Assembly (NCBI RefSeq): GCF_006345805.1
Contig: NC_042998.1
Location: 112,096,001-112,160,000 of the forward strand
DNA length: 64,000 nucleotides
Reading direction: 5' to 3'
Source of the DNA: Octopus sinensis
Taxonomy: Eukaryota
Shown here: one piece after another, positions 1 through 14,383 of the stretch
How positions within the stretch are numbered: the first letter of the stretch is position 1
Layout of the letters: each line of letters begins with the position of its first letter
Notes under the pieces: generated by a model
What the model saw: only the letters and a program-made list of their open reading frames with translations
Told to the model about the DNA's origin: nothing
Database searches by the model: none
Made by a program: the position numbers and the translations under genes

Positions 1-825
1 TGGTATAAGATGAGAAGAACAGTTTGAGCGATTAAACAATGTTAATGCTGGAACTGAACATTTTACTCTGCGGAGATCTTTGTTAAATGAATTGTACTTC
101 GAATATGTAATTTGCACAACTTTTCATTTTTTTCATTTTTATTTTCTTCTGTTTTATAAATAAACCAGCAATTTAATCTAACTTTGAAAAACAAACTGGT
201 TACACCACAGGCATTATCTCTCTGTGAGGAGCAAATGAGATATCAATCAAACTAGTCTTGTTATATTTTCATCAGTAAATAAATAACCATCTTCCCAACA
301 CTAAAACCAGTTTCAGCTATCTATTTTTATCTGTTCATAGCGGTAAAATCCCTGATGCAATTATTTTGTTTACTTCTCACAGCGAAACTAAACTGTTTGT
401 TTATTCTAAAATATAGGTGTACCTCATATTACAAATTATCCCTACTACAAAAGCTCAGCTGTGACCTGTGACTACATGCACTGCCATGAACATTAGACAC
501 ACCGCTTTAGCTCCCTCTTTCTCTCCTCTCATCCCCCCTCTCTCTCTCTGTCTATTTGTCTATCTTCCCCCCTCTCTCACACAATGTTTGTATAATCAAA
601 TAATCTCTCTGTGTGCAAGACTTCCACTCAGTTTCTATTTACCAAACTTCCCTAAATGTGATTTGGTTCAGTGGATGCTATGTTAGAAAACATTTGACAA
701 ATATATGCGCAATAGGATTGAACCCGAAACCATGAATTATGCGTTTTTTGGTGCCAGTGTGCTGTATGTGTGAACGTGTGTAAATGATTTCAGCTGCGTC
801 CAAATGTGGTATGTATATGTTGTGG

Positions 826-972
<147 letters not shown>

Positions 973-1799
973 ATTGTGTATTCTGTAGTGCGTGTAATGT
1001 GTCATGTATGGATGATGTGGGTCTATGTGTAGTTTGTGTTTGAGGTGCAATATACGTGTGTGTTTATATATGTGTGTGCGTATGAAGCGTATATATGTGT
1101 GATGTGTATTTGTATGATGTGCATGAATGTGTAAGATGGCCATGCAAGTGTAAGGTGTATGTGCAGTCTGCGTGATATCAAATGTATGCCTATATTTATG
1201 CATTTATGCGTTTATCTATGAATATCTATATGTGTCGTATTTGTGAGGTATGTTTGCACATGTACGCGATATACAATATATGCGTGTATGTTTATGTAAA
1301 CTGGATGTATGTGTGTTGTGCATGTACGTGTGTATATATGCATAAGCATATGTCTGTATGGATATATATGAGTGCACCAACATGCGTATATGTATATGTG
1401 TTTATGTGTGTGGGGGTGAATGTGAGGTATGTGGAATGAAAGATTATACTAATCCTCTTCCAAGTGACTTGAAGTCAACGAATCTTCTTAAAGTGTCGGT
1501 TAAATAATAAAGTAGATGCTGTTGTGATTAGATTACTGCGGATGAAGAAGACAGAGTTGCTGTGAGGGAGACGTTGAGGGGTATACTGGGGTGTATTTAG
1601 AGGTCTCACTGATAGACGGGTATAATTGACAGCACAATGGTTGTAGCCATGGCAGAATGTTTATCAAATGGTCTACAAGTTGTAGTGTTTAGGTTATTTC
1701 TTTTCTTTCTTTCCTTAGTTATTTTTATGTCGCAAATTGTAAACTATAGGTTTGCAACATACCAATCACTTGTTTGCAGTTATTGCTATTATTTAATCA

Positions 1800-3550
1800 C
1801 AGGTCACTTATGGACGAAGCCTTTTGCTAAAGGTATATTCTGACCGTGACCATTCCGCCTGTAATTCTTTTACGACTCGTCTCCTCGCCAACGAAGATTA
1901 ATAAGTTGCTCCCTGATCTTCCACGCTGAAGCAGCAATAAGAAATAGTGGTGATGTCTCTCTAGAATGGATAAAAGCAGCAAGTCCATATACTTCTGTTC
2001 CGCCGTGAAAAGTGGCAGGAGTACTTTCATTTTAATCCAGCTGCTCGGCGTTTAAGCATGCCTTGCCACCAACCGTAGCAGCGACGTCTAACCTAGACAT
2101 TGTCGTTATCGTGCTCTTTGTTTTCCACAGGCCTCGACGATAGGTAATTGTCGTTAATGGATTACGTAGTCACAGTAATTAAATAAACGGCCGATTGAAA
2201 CAACCCGAAAGATTCTCACTGTAGTGGCAGCATCCTTGTGTTCTTCTTAAAAACGACGACGTACAGCAAGACATCGTGCTAATCGTCGTGCCCAAAGGAA
2301 AAGAAATCCTAGTTTGTTTTTTCCGCTCATTTCACGGTCAATTACTTATCTCAAAGCTTAAACCATACAAGAGTACTTCATGGTTCAGTGAAGCGGAGCT
2401 AAGCAATACTGGTAACTGTAGAGATAATTCACACACCTGAAACTACAATTATAAGCTAAACCCAGGAGTCAGATATGACCTCGTTCAGTGTTGGCTTGTG
2501 TTTCTCATCGGCACCGTCCCTGTGGCCGTTTGTTACTAGTACTCTATCAGTCAGATGCATAACGCTTTTCGGTTGAAGTCAAACGGTCAGCCATCGCTTT
2601 GATCGCGTCGCAAATATTAGACTGAGAGAAACTCGTTGAAGACGTTGCAATAGTCACCTCCTGCCATTCGTTAGCATTTGCAGGTGGTTAGCGTCACGCT
2701 TTTAGATTTTGGTGACCTTGGATAACTATTAGCACGTTCGCACAGGCTAGAATATACTAATCCTCGAGTAATGGATTCTCTACGAGTCCGTTATATCATC
2801 TGTCGACGACTTAGTAAGCACTGATCGTAACTCGGAGTTAGTGCTCTATTCTGGAGAGTAAGAATGCAAAACGGTTACTACATTTAAGGATGGTGGCAAG
2901 GGTGCAAATTATCCACTTTTCGCACTAAGAAGTAGAGACAAGAAGTAATCAGTCGGGACTCTGTCGTGGCTCTGCGATCGGAATGAATATATATTAAATC
3001 TGTTAGCTAAGATCGATTTGAAGGCAGGTCTGGTGCCAGCAGTCACAACAATTCCAGCTCTACAAGTATCTATGGAATTTGTTGCGTTTGAAAACTTTGT
3101 AGTCAGAATTTGAGTTTCGAAATGTGTCGCAGTGTGTCCGAAGCGACGATGTTCGTGTAGGTACACTTCTAATGAAACCCTTCTGTAGCTACATTCTTGA
3201 AATGAGTTCCACTGATTAATGAGAATGATATTGCAGGGAAAACAGCCCAACAAATGTTAGTTGCTAGCATTTTGCTCTCAAGTAGAAAGCCAGAAAGCCA
3301 GAAAAGCATGAAGTAACGAATAGCAGCAGAACTAAGGAGAAAATCAACAGACCCCAGTGACCTGTCTGATTATTAGGATTAAAAATTAATGAACAAGAAC
3401 CTTCTTTCCCAGTTACGACTGGTTAAGCCATCTACTTTCGACAATGAAGAGGGCATAGAACAGAACAAAGATGGCAAACTAGTTGTTAGTCTCATACCAA
3501 ATATGATTAGCTTACGTTAGAGATAGCGAACTAATTACTAGTTTCGTACT
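1800..3550 (-). mobile_element. Possible heavily decayed Ty3/gypsy-like gag-protease-RT relic
   Basis: CpG-richer non-repetitive island. Minus-strand translation gives 'HEHRRFGHTA' (like the gypsy Gag C-terminal YHxRFGxxA motif) and 'LGCFPCNIILI' (like LxRLPxNVxxIL), followed by a protease-like 'SDRR' stretch. Many stops and frameshifts; weak similarity only. Confidence 0.3.
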
Positions 3551-4004
3551 GAATGTGGTTGAATTACGCACATCCATCCATCTATCCATCCATCAATACA
3601 TGCATACATACATACATACATACATACATACATGCATGCATGCATGCATACATACATACATACAGGTATGCATGTACACATCCATACATGCATACATACA
3701 TGCATGCATACACGCATGCATACATACATGCATACATACATACATACATGCATGCACATCACACACACAAAGATTTGTACAATTTTCGCTGAAATAAATC
3801 ACATTCACAAGGTACTGTTCAACTCCAAGGCGCTACTGGAAGACAGTTGGCCAAGATGCTATGCAGTCAGGTCGAACCCGGAATTACGTGATTGTAAAGT
3901 GAACCTCTTAACTATACAGATGATGTCTGCAGCAAGTTATTGAAAGGCATCAGGTGGGTGGAAGGAATGGGGTATTGATATGATGAGATGACACAGTGTG
4001 TGTG

Positions 4005-4168
4005 TGATGGTGGTGGTGATGATAGTGGTGTTGTTGTTATTGTTGCTGTAGGTGGTAGTGGTGGTGGTGGTGGTGCTGGAGGTTGAAGAGGAGGAGAGGA
4101 GGTGGTGGAGGTGGTATGATAATGAGGAAGGTAGTGACAGTGTTGGTGGTAGTAGTAGGAGTAGTAGT

Positions 4169-4203
<35 letters not shown>

Positions 4204-4208
4204 TAGTA

Positions 4209-4247
<39 letters not shown>

Positions 4248-4325
4248 CTGCAGCAGCAGTAGTAGCAGTAGCAGCAGTGGTAGTGGCGGCGGCAGTAGCA
4301 GCAGTAGAAGTAGCAGTAGTAGTAG
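4005..4325. repeat. Compound trinucleotide low-complexity tract (GGT/GTA/GCA)n
   Basis: Directly visible; source of the poly-S/V/T/L/Y ORFs. Confidence 0.9.
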
Positions 4326-5275
4326 AGAGAGAATGCTGGTGGTGGGGAGGGTCGACCACAGCGATAGCGGTTACAATATGTAAGCATAAGCCTTCAACTG
4401 GTGAGTGACACCTCAATCCCCTCGACCGACCATCTGACTAATCTGCGTGGGACCAATTTCATAAGGAACGTGGGAGAATCGAGAAGTGAGAGTACATACA
4501 GGTGGTAATTGTACTGGGTTTTAAGGGAGGGAAGGGCGAAAAACAGGGAGCAGTATAGGGTATTAAGTGAAATAAAAAGACAATATAATACACAAAAGGT
4601 ACACCGAGAGAAAAATAAACAAAAACCTAGGAATTAAAATTCATGAAATAAATTGCAAATTGTAGAACAAAACAAAAAGGTTGAAAGGGAAAAAAAGCGA
4701 TAATTGAGATGACCACCGCCACCACTGCCCAACATCGCATCCCCAGTAATATTAATTATTGAAAAGAATTAGAGAGAAATAGAGATTGGATTGAAAGGGA
4801 GAAAGAAAAAAAGAGAAAAGAGAATCCATTAAGCATATGGATATAGGCAATTATTATTCTCAGTTACGCCCCATTTAGCCATATAGATGCGTGCATACAC
4901 ACACACACACACGCACAAACACTCGTATGTTGTATGTGTGCGCGTGTGTGTAGTAGTCGTATACATAGATACGTAAAAACGGCTTTGTGGTTAAGATGTT
5001 AGCTTCCCAACCTCGTGGTTTCAGGCTCAGTCCCCATGCTCATCACCTTGTGAAAGTGCTTTCTACTATAGCTGTGAGGGAAATTCATTGAAGCAGTGTT
5101 GAAAGTAGTCACATGTGTGTGTGTGTGTGTGTGCATGTGTGTGTGTACGCAGGCGTGACTGTGGTAAGAAGTTTGCTCCCCATATATAGATATATATACA
5201 TACATGCATTTATACATTCATATATATGCATATATATAATTTTAGATAAATAGATAGATAGATAGATAGATAGAT

Positions 5276-5360
<85 letters not shown>

Positions 5361-6697
5361 TGTATGTTATGGGTATGACATCACACTGCACCCGGTAGTG
5401 AGACTCCAGTTTGGGGATTCTGGTGTTATGGGCTGCATGAAGTCTCTCCTTAATTACTTTTACTCCCAGGTTCATTCTGACGCCGAAACATAGTACCTGT
5501 CAGGGTTGCATTTATGGGTTAAATAGATTTACCAGAGGTAGATGAGTTACCCGGTGTTTTTGACGAAGTTGTAGGGGAAGCAGCTCTTCTAAGAGAAAGA
5601 TATCCTGACATAAATGTTGCCGTCAAAAGAGTACCAGTCATCTTGCAATGCTTGTCACTGGAGCTCAATATGGCGATTGAATGAGCGGTAAAAATGTTGT
5701 AAAAAGCTTTTGTCACTTAGATTCAGTGATGTACAGATGTCTCACTATCAGTTCTTTTCTTGATCCGTTTTGTATTTTATAATGTATTATGGCGATGGAT
5801 GCGTGGTGAAAAGTCATATGCCAGCACATACAGTACAAAGGTGGAAATAGATCAAAACAACCAAGCTGAATGTGAGACGGCTATCATCTGAGAAGATGAG
5901 TCAATCATTATCATATCTGCATTCGGATTTGTATGAGCATGTTGCATGTCATTTTATTTGTCCCAGCTACTGCTTGACAACATGTGTTGGTTTGTTTGCG
6001 TCTCTGTGAGTTAATGGTTCGACCATATAAGTAAATAAACCGGATAGAATAAGTACCAGGCTATAAGAAATAAGTACCCCAAGGCTACAAAAAATCAAAG
6101 AATAAAGAATATATGTCTGCATGTGAACTCTAGAATTGCTTTTCTATGTACACAGCAATGCCTCGATATACGAGTTAATTTGTTCCTGGAGACAGCTCGT
6201 AAAGCAAAGCAATGATTTCTCATAGTAGCAATGTTATAAATCGTAATTCGTTCCCAGAAAAATATTTTTCCTATCAAATTTATAATACTCGTAAATAAAT
6301 GGCAATAAAACAAAGATAGAAAGTAAAGAATATTTTATGTAAGGTAAAAAGAATGTCAAGATCATTTATAATAAAAAATATTATTATTATTATCGTTTTC
6401 TGAATCACTTTCACTCGCACTGGACTCGTGCATACTATCACTTGTACACGTGATAACCGATTCACAAGCACTCGTAGACGGACTTATAGATTTCTTTTTT
6501 AAAAACAAGTCTAGAGTTGTTTGCTTCGAAGAAATTTTTTTCGCTCTCTATAATTTCTCGGTAACACTCAGAAGTATTTGTTATGGTAGTAGAAACTTTT
6601 GCACTTCATTCAAAATTTGGACCTTGTGCTTGAAAAATAATACTCGTAAAGCGGGTCCTCGCAGAGGGAAGCATTACTGTGTGTGTGTGTGTGTGTG

Positions 6698-6732
<35 letters not shown>

Positions 6733-7054
6733 GTGTGTGTGTGTCTGTGTGTGTGAGTGAGTATAATGCGATGGCATATTGTATGTTCACTGTTTGCGAT
6801 GCAATTGCGAGCATAGTCAGCGTCATCAGCCTCCAAGTACTGGCTGATTGCAGTATCTACTTTGAGATGTAAAAGGGCTGCACCACAACTGGGTTCGCAT
6901 TTATTTACAACTTAATATAATGAAGAAACATAAAATAATGTTTTGTCAAGGACAAAATGCGCCGCCCTGCGTAAAAACCCAGCGCACGATCAAATGAGTC
7001 CAATACCCTAATCACTAGGTATGCATCTACGAATATCGATATAAATAACGCTAT

Positions 7055-7700
7055 TGGTACTACTTTGGCGTATGATCTACAATTTAAAGGGCGATTACTT
7101 TGGGTTACTTCTAAGTTTACTTTTCAATTTCCAAAAACCTTTTAGATGTTCATGTGTTTCTAGCAGATGTTCGCTCAATTCATCGATAAAATTATTCAAA
7201 TTTGTATTTCATCTTTATTGTCAAATTGCAATTCAATTTTTTAATAAATTCTTTTCCACATACTTAGCATTGTAAATGTATTTTTTCAAAATTCTTACTA
7301 TTTTGATAATAAATCTATGTTTCATTAATGTCTTAGTAAATAATAATAAGAAGAAGAAACCAAGAATTAGGAATACAATAATTATCGTAAGCGCGTAGAT
7401 CACACGTGTTTGGCAGCCGCGAGTTTTGCAACGTAAAGTTGGCAGAATTCCACCGATTTTCCCTTTTCTTCAAGCTTCCTTTATTTCCCCACCACCACGA
7501 TAACATGGTGCAACATTTTCTTCATCATCTAAAAGGCCATTTCTTCGTAAAAATGCGACTGCCTTCCTCTCGTCGCTTATCACATTGTAAAAATCTTTAA
7601 CCAACATCTTAAGGGTTTTTAGAAATTGAAAAGCAAATTAAAAAAAGTAACCTAAAGTAATCGCCCCTTAATTTGTAGATCACACGCCAAAGTAGTACCA
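7055..7700. mobile_element. MITE-like element with ~95 bp imperfect terminal inverted repeats
   Basis: TGGTACTACTTTGGCGTATGATCTACAA..GGGCGATTACTTT at 7055 is mirrored by AAAGTAATCGCCC..TTGTAGATCACACGCCAAAGTAGTACCA ending at 7700; no ORF. Confidence 0.75.
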
Positions 7701-9559
7701 TGATATTGGTATAGAGGAGTTGCAGGTTTCGAAGGTGTTGTGAATACATTTTCTACTTCTCGTTCGAAGAGATGCTCAGACAAGTGGGAAACTTCTTTTT
7801 GTCTCAAATATTAATGTCGGTTATGTTATGTTTGCACATAGTAAAGGTTTTGATGAGAATGTTCCATGAATATTCCATTTGTCTATAAATAAATTTGTCT
7901 GTAAATAAATTGAAATGTTACATGTGATTTTGGACTACATTTAATTGAAAATACACATTTATGTGATAAATGTAGTAAAGGCTACAAATCATCAGCGGAG
8001 CTGAAATGTCATCTTTGCTTTGCAGCTCATTAACAAGCAATGGCCATACTCATTGTTGAATTAGCTTCCATCAACACCGTCTGCGTGCATGCGCGCGTGT
8101 GTGTGTGTGTATGTTTGTGTATGTGTGTTTGAGTGTGCATGAATGCGTGCACATATATGTGCGGAGACGCATACACATAAACGCACATATATGTAGACGG
8201 ACAGATGTATGAATGCATATATTTACATATGTACGTATACAAGTGTATGTATGTATGTATGTATGTATGTATGTATGTATGTATGTATGTTGCAGCGCGT
8301 TTAAGATAAAATCACACGAAACATCAAATACAAATTATAAAATGTTTATCTTCAAAACAGAAACTTCAAAAACCGGATGGTTACATAAATTTCATGTGTC
8401 CACTTGTCTAGCAAGTATAAACACGAAAGTTATGGCATTATTTGCTGTTTGAAGTTCAGCTTAAACAAATACATATAAATGTATACAGTCAGTAGTGATG
8501 AAGGCAATTTCCATGACCTGTAAGCCATTTTGCCAGACAGCTGAACTTGACTTTGCTCTGGACCAATCTGTACGTCTTACGTCTGTGCTTGCCAGAGAAT
8601 GAAACGTCACTCTAGATCCCACGGACCAGTTGGTTGTGGTGTTGAAACAATATTCAGTGTCTTTGAAATTTTTAGATTTCAAAACCAGTTCAATAATAAG
8701 TAAAGTATCTTTATTTTTGTTGTTGTTCAAACCTGATTCATATTATTCCAAAGTCTTTGTCAATGTAGTCAGTGTTTTGTGTGTACGTTTGTCTCACTTG
8801 AATACATAATAGCCTTTAGTATATTTTTGTCTGATATACAATATCTGCGGGTTCATTTTTATATTACCTGTCTTTCAATCAGTTTATGAAAAAGCTACTG
8901 AAAGACTTGGTTCCTGAATTACCAATTCACCCGTCATTTTTTCAGCATCATTTATATATTCATTTTTGGTAAATGCAGAGAAACTTATAATTTCACTGAG
9001 GAAATTATAATAAATCCGAAACATGTTCGGAATTGATTCACATACTTTCGGAAATAACCCCGATAAGTGAATGCTTAACATAGTTCTTTAACCTCTACAT
9101 AGTTATTTCTTTATTAACATTTTCATGAATAAGAAATTCTTCTTACTCTCTGTCTATATACCATTTATTTCTCTGTATCTCGGCACTACAACATTATTTC
9201 TAGTTAGCTTTATAATGTTCCCTAGAGATTAAATATAAAATCATTGCTTTATGTAAGAGAATAAATCTACTTCGTTAATAAAGAGGAGTAACCATAATTT
9301 CAGAAAGTTATTTATTCCCATTTACTCGAACTCTTGAAGTAATCCATTTTACTCTCTGACTGTCCAACGAACTTCTTTAGACAAAAAATGAAAAAGAAAA
9401 AAAAATTCAGAAGCAGTGAATAGCCTTGATATATACATACATACATCCACATATGTATATAACCTTAGATAAAACTTAGATACGTTTCGACCAAGAATTG
9501 GCCCAGGCTATGTCTAACTTAACAGCAACATCTGATGGGATTTGTTAAATCTTTTTTAA

Positions 9560-10510
9560 GTCAAGTTTTGAGGTATCATAACCCATTCGAGTAGGGAATT
9601 CTTGTTGAGTGATTTGCAACGAGGTATAGAAGAAATTTGTCCAAATTCCATTTAAAAGCAATGGAACCCTTTTCGTCTTTGATCTATTTCGGGACAATGT
9701 TAAATAGAGAAAGAGAAATTGTATTGCAGTGTATTTATGTGTTGCGATCCTGACTTGGGTAGGAGACGTATGGCCCTAGCCTTGGATGAATTTTGAAGCT
9801 AATGTTGAGGTAGTTTGGGAAATGCTGGTGGTATATTCTCCGCATCGTGCAAATGATGTATCGCTCTCATCGGCGCTGGAAAGAATAGTTTCCATGCTTT
9901 AAGGCGTTCCCAATAATCAAGATCAGTCATGCCCTTAGTTATTTTAATGAATGCCCTCTGAGGTGATTCATTTGCGAAATGTTTTGTTTTGTGTGGGGAG
10001 ACCACAGAGAGCAGCAGTATTCTAGGTATGGCCGTACAAAGGAAGAGAAAAGAGGAATGATGACATCTTGTTCTGTGGACCGGAAGGTTCTTAGGATCCA
10101 GGAGCTCATCTTATGTTATATCGACCTTATTGCTAATGTGAACACTCCAGCTGAGATTGTTGTCAACGATTACTCCTAGGTCCCTGAAATTATTAGATAC
10201 TGTGAGTGGTTCCCCTGAAGGAGGAGAATGTGGTTGTTTTAGTATAGTCTTTTTTCCAAAATGTATCAGTTCAAATTTTTCCTGGTTTAGTCGCATTTTG
10301 TTTTTGTCTGCCCGTTGAATTACATGTAGGTCAGATTAGAGTTCGGTACGGTCTTCTTCTCTGTTGCTCATTTTTTGGAGCTTGGAGTCATCAGCGAATA
10401 TTTTTTACTTTGGTGCGTTTGATGACGCTTGAAATGTCGTTTATATAGACTATAAACCAGAAGCGGGCCCAAAACAGTTTCCTTAGGGACACCACTGGTG
10501 ACTTTCGCTG
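9560..10510 (-). mobile_element. CR1/L2-like LINE reverse transcriptase C-terminal fragment (pseudogene)
   Basis: Minus-strand motifs SGVP.ETVLGPLL, KIFADDSKL (RT catalytic), LNQEKFELIHFG, RDLGVIVDNNLSWSVHI and ESPQRAF..I.GMTDLDYWERLK; frameshifted. Confidence 0.88.
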
Positions 10511-10590
10511 AGCTTCATTGGCCTAAATTTGTTAAGGATGTGTTTTCGACTGTTAATCTCTTCGATGATAGCAATATATATTTACAGCGC

Positions 10591-10741
10591 TAATAAGAAT
10601 AAGAGATGACAAAGGAAAAATAATGGTTATGTTATGAACTTCATTAGCTTACAGCTGTTTCTGCTATAAGACGCAGTGGACTCTTAGTTGAGATCATAAC
10701 ATAACCATTGTTTTTTTCTGTAGTATCTCTTTCTCTTATTA
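10591..10741. repeat. Short inverted-repeat element containing the 3' half of a hammerhead (Penelope pLTR-like tail)
   Basis: Arms TAATAAGAATAAGAGAT..AATGGTTATGTTATGA and TCATAACATAACCATTG..ATCTCTTTCTCTTATTA. The minus strand reads GAAACAGCTGTAA (GAAA, palindromic stem III, GUA). Confidence 0.55.
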
Positions 10742-11244
10742 CCGTTCTATACTCATCTAACACCGTTAATATGCCCGTTTAAGCGTACAAGTAGGTGTAG
10801 TTATAGTACCTCTTGGCATGGAGTCCCACGACAGCAATGATAAACAACACCATGGCAAGACTATAGTTTCACCTTTTAGACGCAGGCAGCAATTCAACGA
10901 AGAATGCTGCCATGCGAGTGACTGAATAATTGGAACAGCTACTACCTATACTATACTATTAAATGGAACTATTGCCGGCCATGTTGATGGAGTTCTTTCT
11001 GTTCCCTATTCTATCTACTTGGTGGGACTATACTCACGCTGACGCGCCTCCTCTTCATTCTTCATTAATGTTCCCAATCATCCATCATTCACTCGCAATC
11101 TAGACACCATACGTCAAAGCCACACTGCATGAAAGTGACATCTCAATGAAAACAGAACCCGAAAGCAACTTCCAATGGAAGTAAGCGAATCTTCTTTCCT
11201 TCAATAAAATAAAAACGCTTCTCATATTTTTATTTTATTCTTTC

Positions 11245-11652
11245 TTTTTCTTTTACTTGTTTCAGTCATTTGACTGCGGCCATGCTGGAGCACCGCCTTT
11301 AGTCGAGTAAATCGACCCCGGGACTTATTCTTTGTAAGCCCAGTACTTATTCTATCGGTCTCTTTTTGCCGAACCGCTAAGTGACGGGGACGTAAACACA
11401 CCAGCATCGGTTGTCAAGCAATGCTAGGGGGACAAACACAGACACGCAAACACACATACATACATATATATATATATATACATATATACGACAGGCTTCT
11501 TTCAGTTTCCGTCTACCAAATCCACTCACAAGGCATTGGTCGGCCCGGGGCTATAGCAGAAGACACTTGCCTAAGATGCCACGCAGTGGGACTGAACCCG
11601 GAACCATGTGGTTGGTTAGCAAGCTACTTACCACACAGCCACTCCTGCGCCT
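11245..11652 (-). mobile_element. tRNA-derived SINE family A, full length, with internal microsatellite
   Basis: Minus-strand head GGCGCAGGAGTGGCTGTGTGGTAAG (A box) and GGTTCAGTCCC (B box), central (TA/CA)n, and 3' end CAGTCAAATGACTGAAACAAGTAAAAG; many copies in this window. Confidence 0.9.
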
Positions 11653-12807
11653 ATATATAAAAAAAAGAAACATCGACTAACACAGCAAGAACCCTTGCAC
11701 ATAGATCCATCGAAAAGCTTTTTTGACGAAAACACATCTTTAACAAATTTAGGACCGCATCTTAACGATCAGTCGTTTTTTTCTGGGACAAAAAATGCTA
11801 CGACTTCAAACAGTTAATGCCTATAAAGCGCCGACGAAACCATAAAATTGAGTATTGTTCTCGTATCCTAAATGCTTCTACTGCTGCATATAGACAGTGA
11901 GCACATTGAGAGAGCACACTCCTCTGAAGACACGCTTCAGTCTCTGGCCCATATATGTGCTGTCTTCTCCCTCTGACTTTACTACCGATACCATAATATT
12001 CCACTCAGGCATTACTATTCAACTCGTCTAACCGTCTGTTTTCACCTTTACTGTGTCCAGTTCCTACTAAGACTAGTTTTTTCCAGGACATCAAGCCCTC
12101 TAGACTTATTTCCCTACTCATATCTTTCGCGTTGTTGTTTACTTACAAAGGCTCAAGACGGACTAAAATCTTTGTCAATCTCATCGAACTAGTAGGGCAT
12201 AGGAAAACCTTTGGTATTGCTCCAACTTCCTGACCCAGCAGATACTACATATATGCTTGCACATATCACAAGCGTGTGTGTGTATATCTCTGTGAGTTTG
12301 TTAATTCCATGTGTTTCTAATATCTCATATGTCACTACTTTTGTCCCTGAAGCTTTCCCTTTCTGCTCTTCTTGATCGCATGTTCCACGTCAGATTTTTA
12401 AACTTTTGGCTCAATGGTGAAGACATTTCGGGTCTTTCATCTTAAAAATGGGCATCTTATGTACTTTGTCCATCTTTACACTTTTTTTAAACTGAAAGAT
12501 TCTCTTTCTTTTATAATATATCTCCCGTTGGACATTTTTGTGTCAGTCTGTCATTTCTTGGATATTTTTACACATTTTCTTGTTGTTTTTTTTTTATTTT
12601 GCAAAGGTTTTCCCTTTCAATATATTTTTCTTTTAGCTAGTTCTATTTCTCTTTCCTACATCATTTTCCATGATCTTGTTTATTTTTGTTTATACATATT
12701 CATGAGCGTTGGTGTTCTTTGCTTTTGGCATTCTTACACCAATGAGGGAATTTATTCGTTCATCTTCGACTAGTCTTTCTTTTGCTTTTGCTATCTATCT
12801 ATCTATT

Positions 12808-12843
<36 letters not shown>

Positions 12844-12955
12844 GTGGTTTTGTCTCTAATTAATATTATATATATGTATATATATATATATATATATGTG
12901 CGTGTGTGTGTGTGTGTGGTGTGTGCGTGTGTGTGTATGTATGTATATATGTATG

Positions 12956-12988
<33 letters not shown>

Positions 12989-13522
12989 TGTATGTATGTA
13001 TGTATGTATGTATGTATGTATGTATGTATGTATGTATCAGTTGATACCTGTTCATCAGTTGTTATTTATTTGTAATTCATCTATCTCAGAACATGCCCCT
13101 CGCATTTTCCGAAGTATATTATGGACTGTATACTTAATTAAATGTGCATGATGTTTGAATAGATCAAGAGCGGATTATATACTCAGTTGGGTCCAATTCA
13201 CGGCATGCATTGCCCGAATATCATTCTGCCAGTACTTTTGTACCAATGTTGATATTCATCTATAATTGTAGTGTGTACTTTTTGTTCCGACCTAACCAGG
13301 TGCCTCAACTTTAAGTACCTTATTCAAATGAATCTTATTTTATATGTATATGAGCCTGTGACCTATTCGCATATTATATTCACGCAGCGAGAATACATAT
13401 ATGTTCCTGAAATAAATTGTCTATGAATTTTCATATACACGTTTATTCAAAACAATACTGTTATTACTGCCATTATGTACATATACATATACATATACAT
13501 ATACATACATACACCCATATAT

Positions 13523-13579
<57 letters not shown>

Positions 13580-13657
13580 CTAGCTCGCTCTGATACTGAG
13601 TGGAGTTGGTGCCTTCTGGTATCTCAAAATTCAATATATAATCATTTATGATTATAG

Positions 13658-13776
13658 TATTCTACGCTGAAGAGAAAAGAAGTTTCGGTAAGATAGAATT
13701 ATTTATTATTTAATATTTAATATTTAATTCGTATGCTTTCCTTAAAACTTGATTTCGAAACGTACGTCCGTGGATA
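13658..13776 (+). ncRNA. Type I hammerhead ribozyme, copy 1
   Basis: Stem I TCTACG/CGTGGA; CTGAAGA at 13667-13673; long stem II GAAA-AG-AAGTTT..AAACTT-GA-TTTC; GAAA at 13757-13760; palindromic CGTACG; GUC cleavage predicted after 13768. Confidence 0.8.
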
Positions 13777-14264
13777 ACTAAAAAAATGTATGATAGATTG
13801 CAGTCAATTCATTCTCTCTTACTGTTTGTGTCTGCCTTCCAAATGCTGTTTTTACTGAGATCTCCCTTTTTAGTAGAAGAAATAGCTATAACCCTTTGAC
13901 TGCTATTTCTGAATTCGGTATGTGGTAAGGCAACTCGTTGCTAAACCTTATTGCTTAGTATTACTTAAATTTTCCTCGAATGAGGCTTTACATGCCGAAG
14001 ACTACTTGGTGTAATTGATAATTTTCCAAATTAATTAATTTCACCCTTCATTATTACGGATAACCATATTTTATCTCAGTAGATGACCACAGCATCTTGT
14101 TTTGGCTACACGCGGGTGGGAAGGGGCTGTTGACACAATCGTTTCATTCACAAATTGAATTCGGTGATACCAGTTGCGGATTCTAGCTCGCTCTGATACT
14201 GAGTGGAGTTGGTGCCTTCTGGTATCTCAAAATTCATATATAATCATTTATGATTATAGTATTC

Positions 14265-14383
14265 TATTCTACGCTGAAGAGAAAAGAAGTTTCGGTAAGA
14301 TAGAATTATTTATTATTTAATATTTAATATTTAATTCTTATGCTTTCCTTAAAACTTGATTTCGAAACGTACGTCCGTGGATA
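14265..14383 (+). ncRNA. Type I hammerhead ribozyme, copy 2
   Basis: CTGAAGA at 14274-14280, GAAA at 14364-14367, CGTACG, GUC cleavage predicted after 14375; same stems as copy 1. Confidence 0.8.

Noticed and set aside
3937-4416. Ser/Thr/Ala-rich ORFs on both strands
   Set aside because: They arise from a trinucleotide low-complexity tract that is open in several frames.
5519-5716. Complex-sequence stretch, possible exon (plus frame DLPEVDELPGVFDEV..)
   Set aside because: It is short, has no recognisable domain and weak splice signals; it cannot be supported without a homology search.
8461-9081. Two short non-repetitive minus-strand ORFs
   Set aside because: No recognisable motif, and the lengths are compatible with chance.
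10800-12230. Possible Penelope RT/GIY-YIG remnant around the SINE
   Set aside because: No catalytic motif could be read with confidence.
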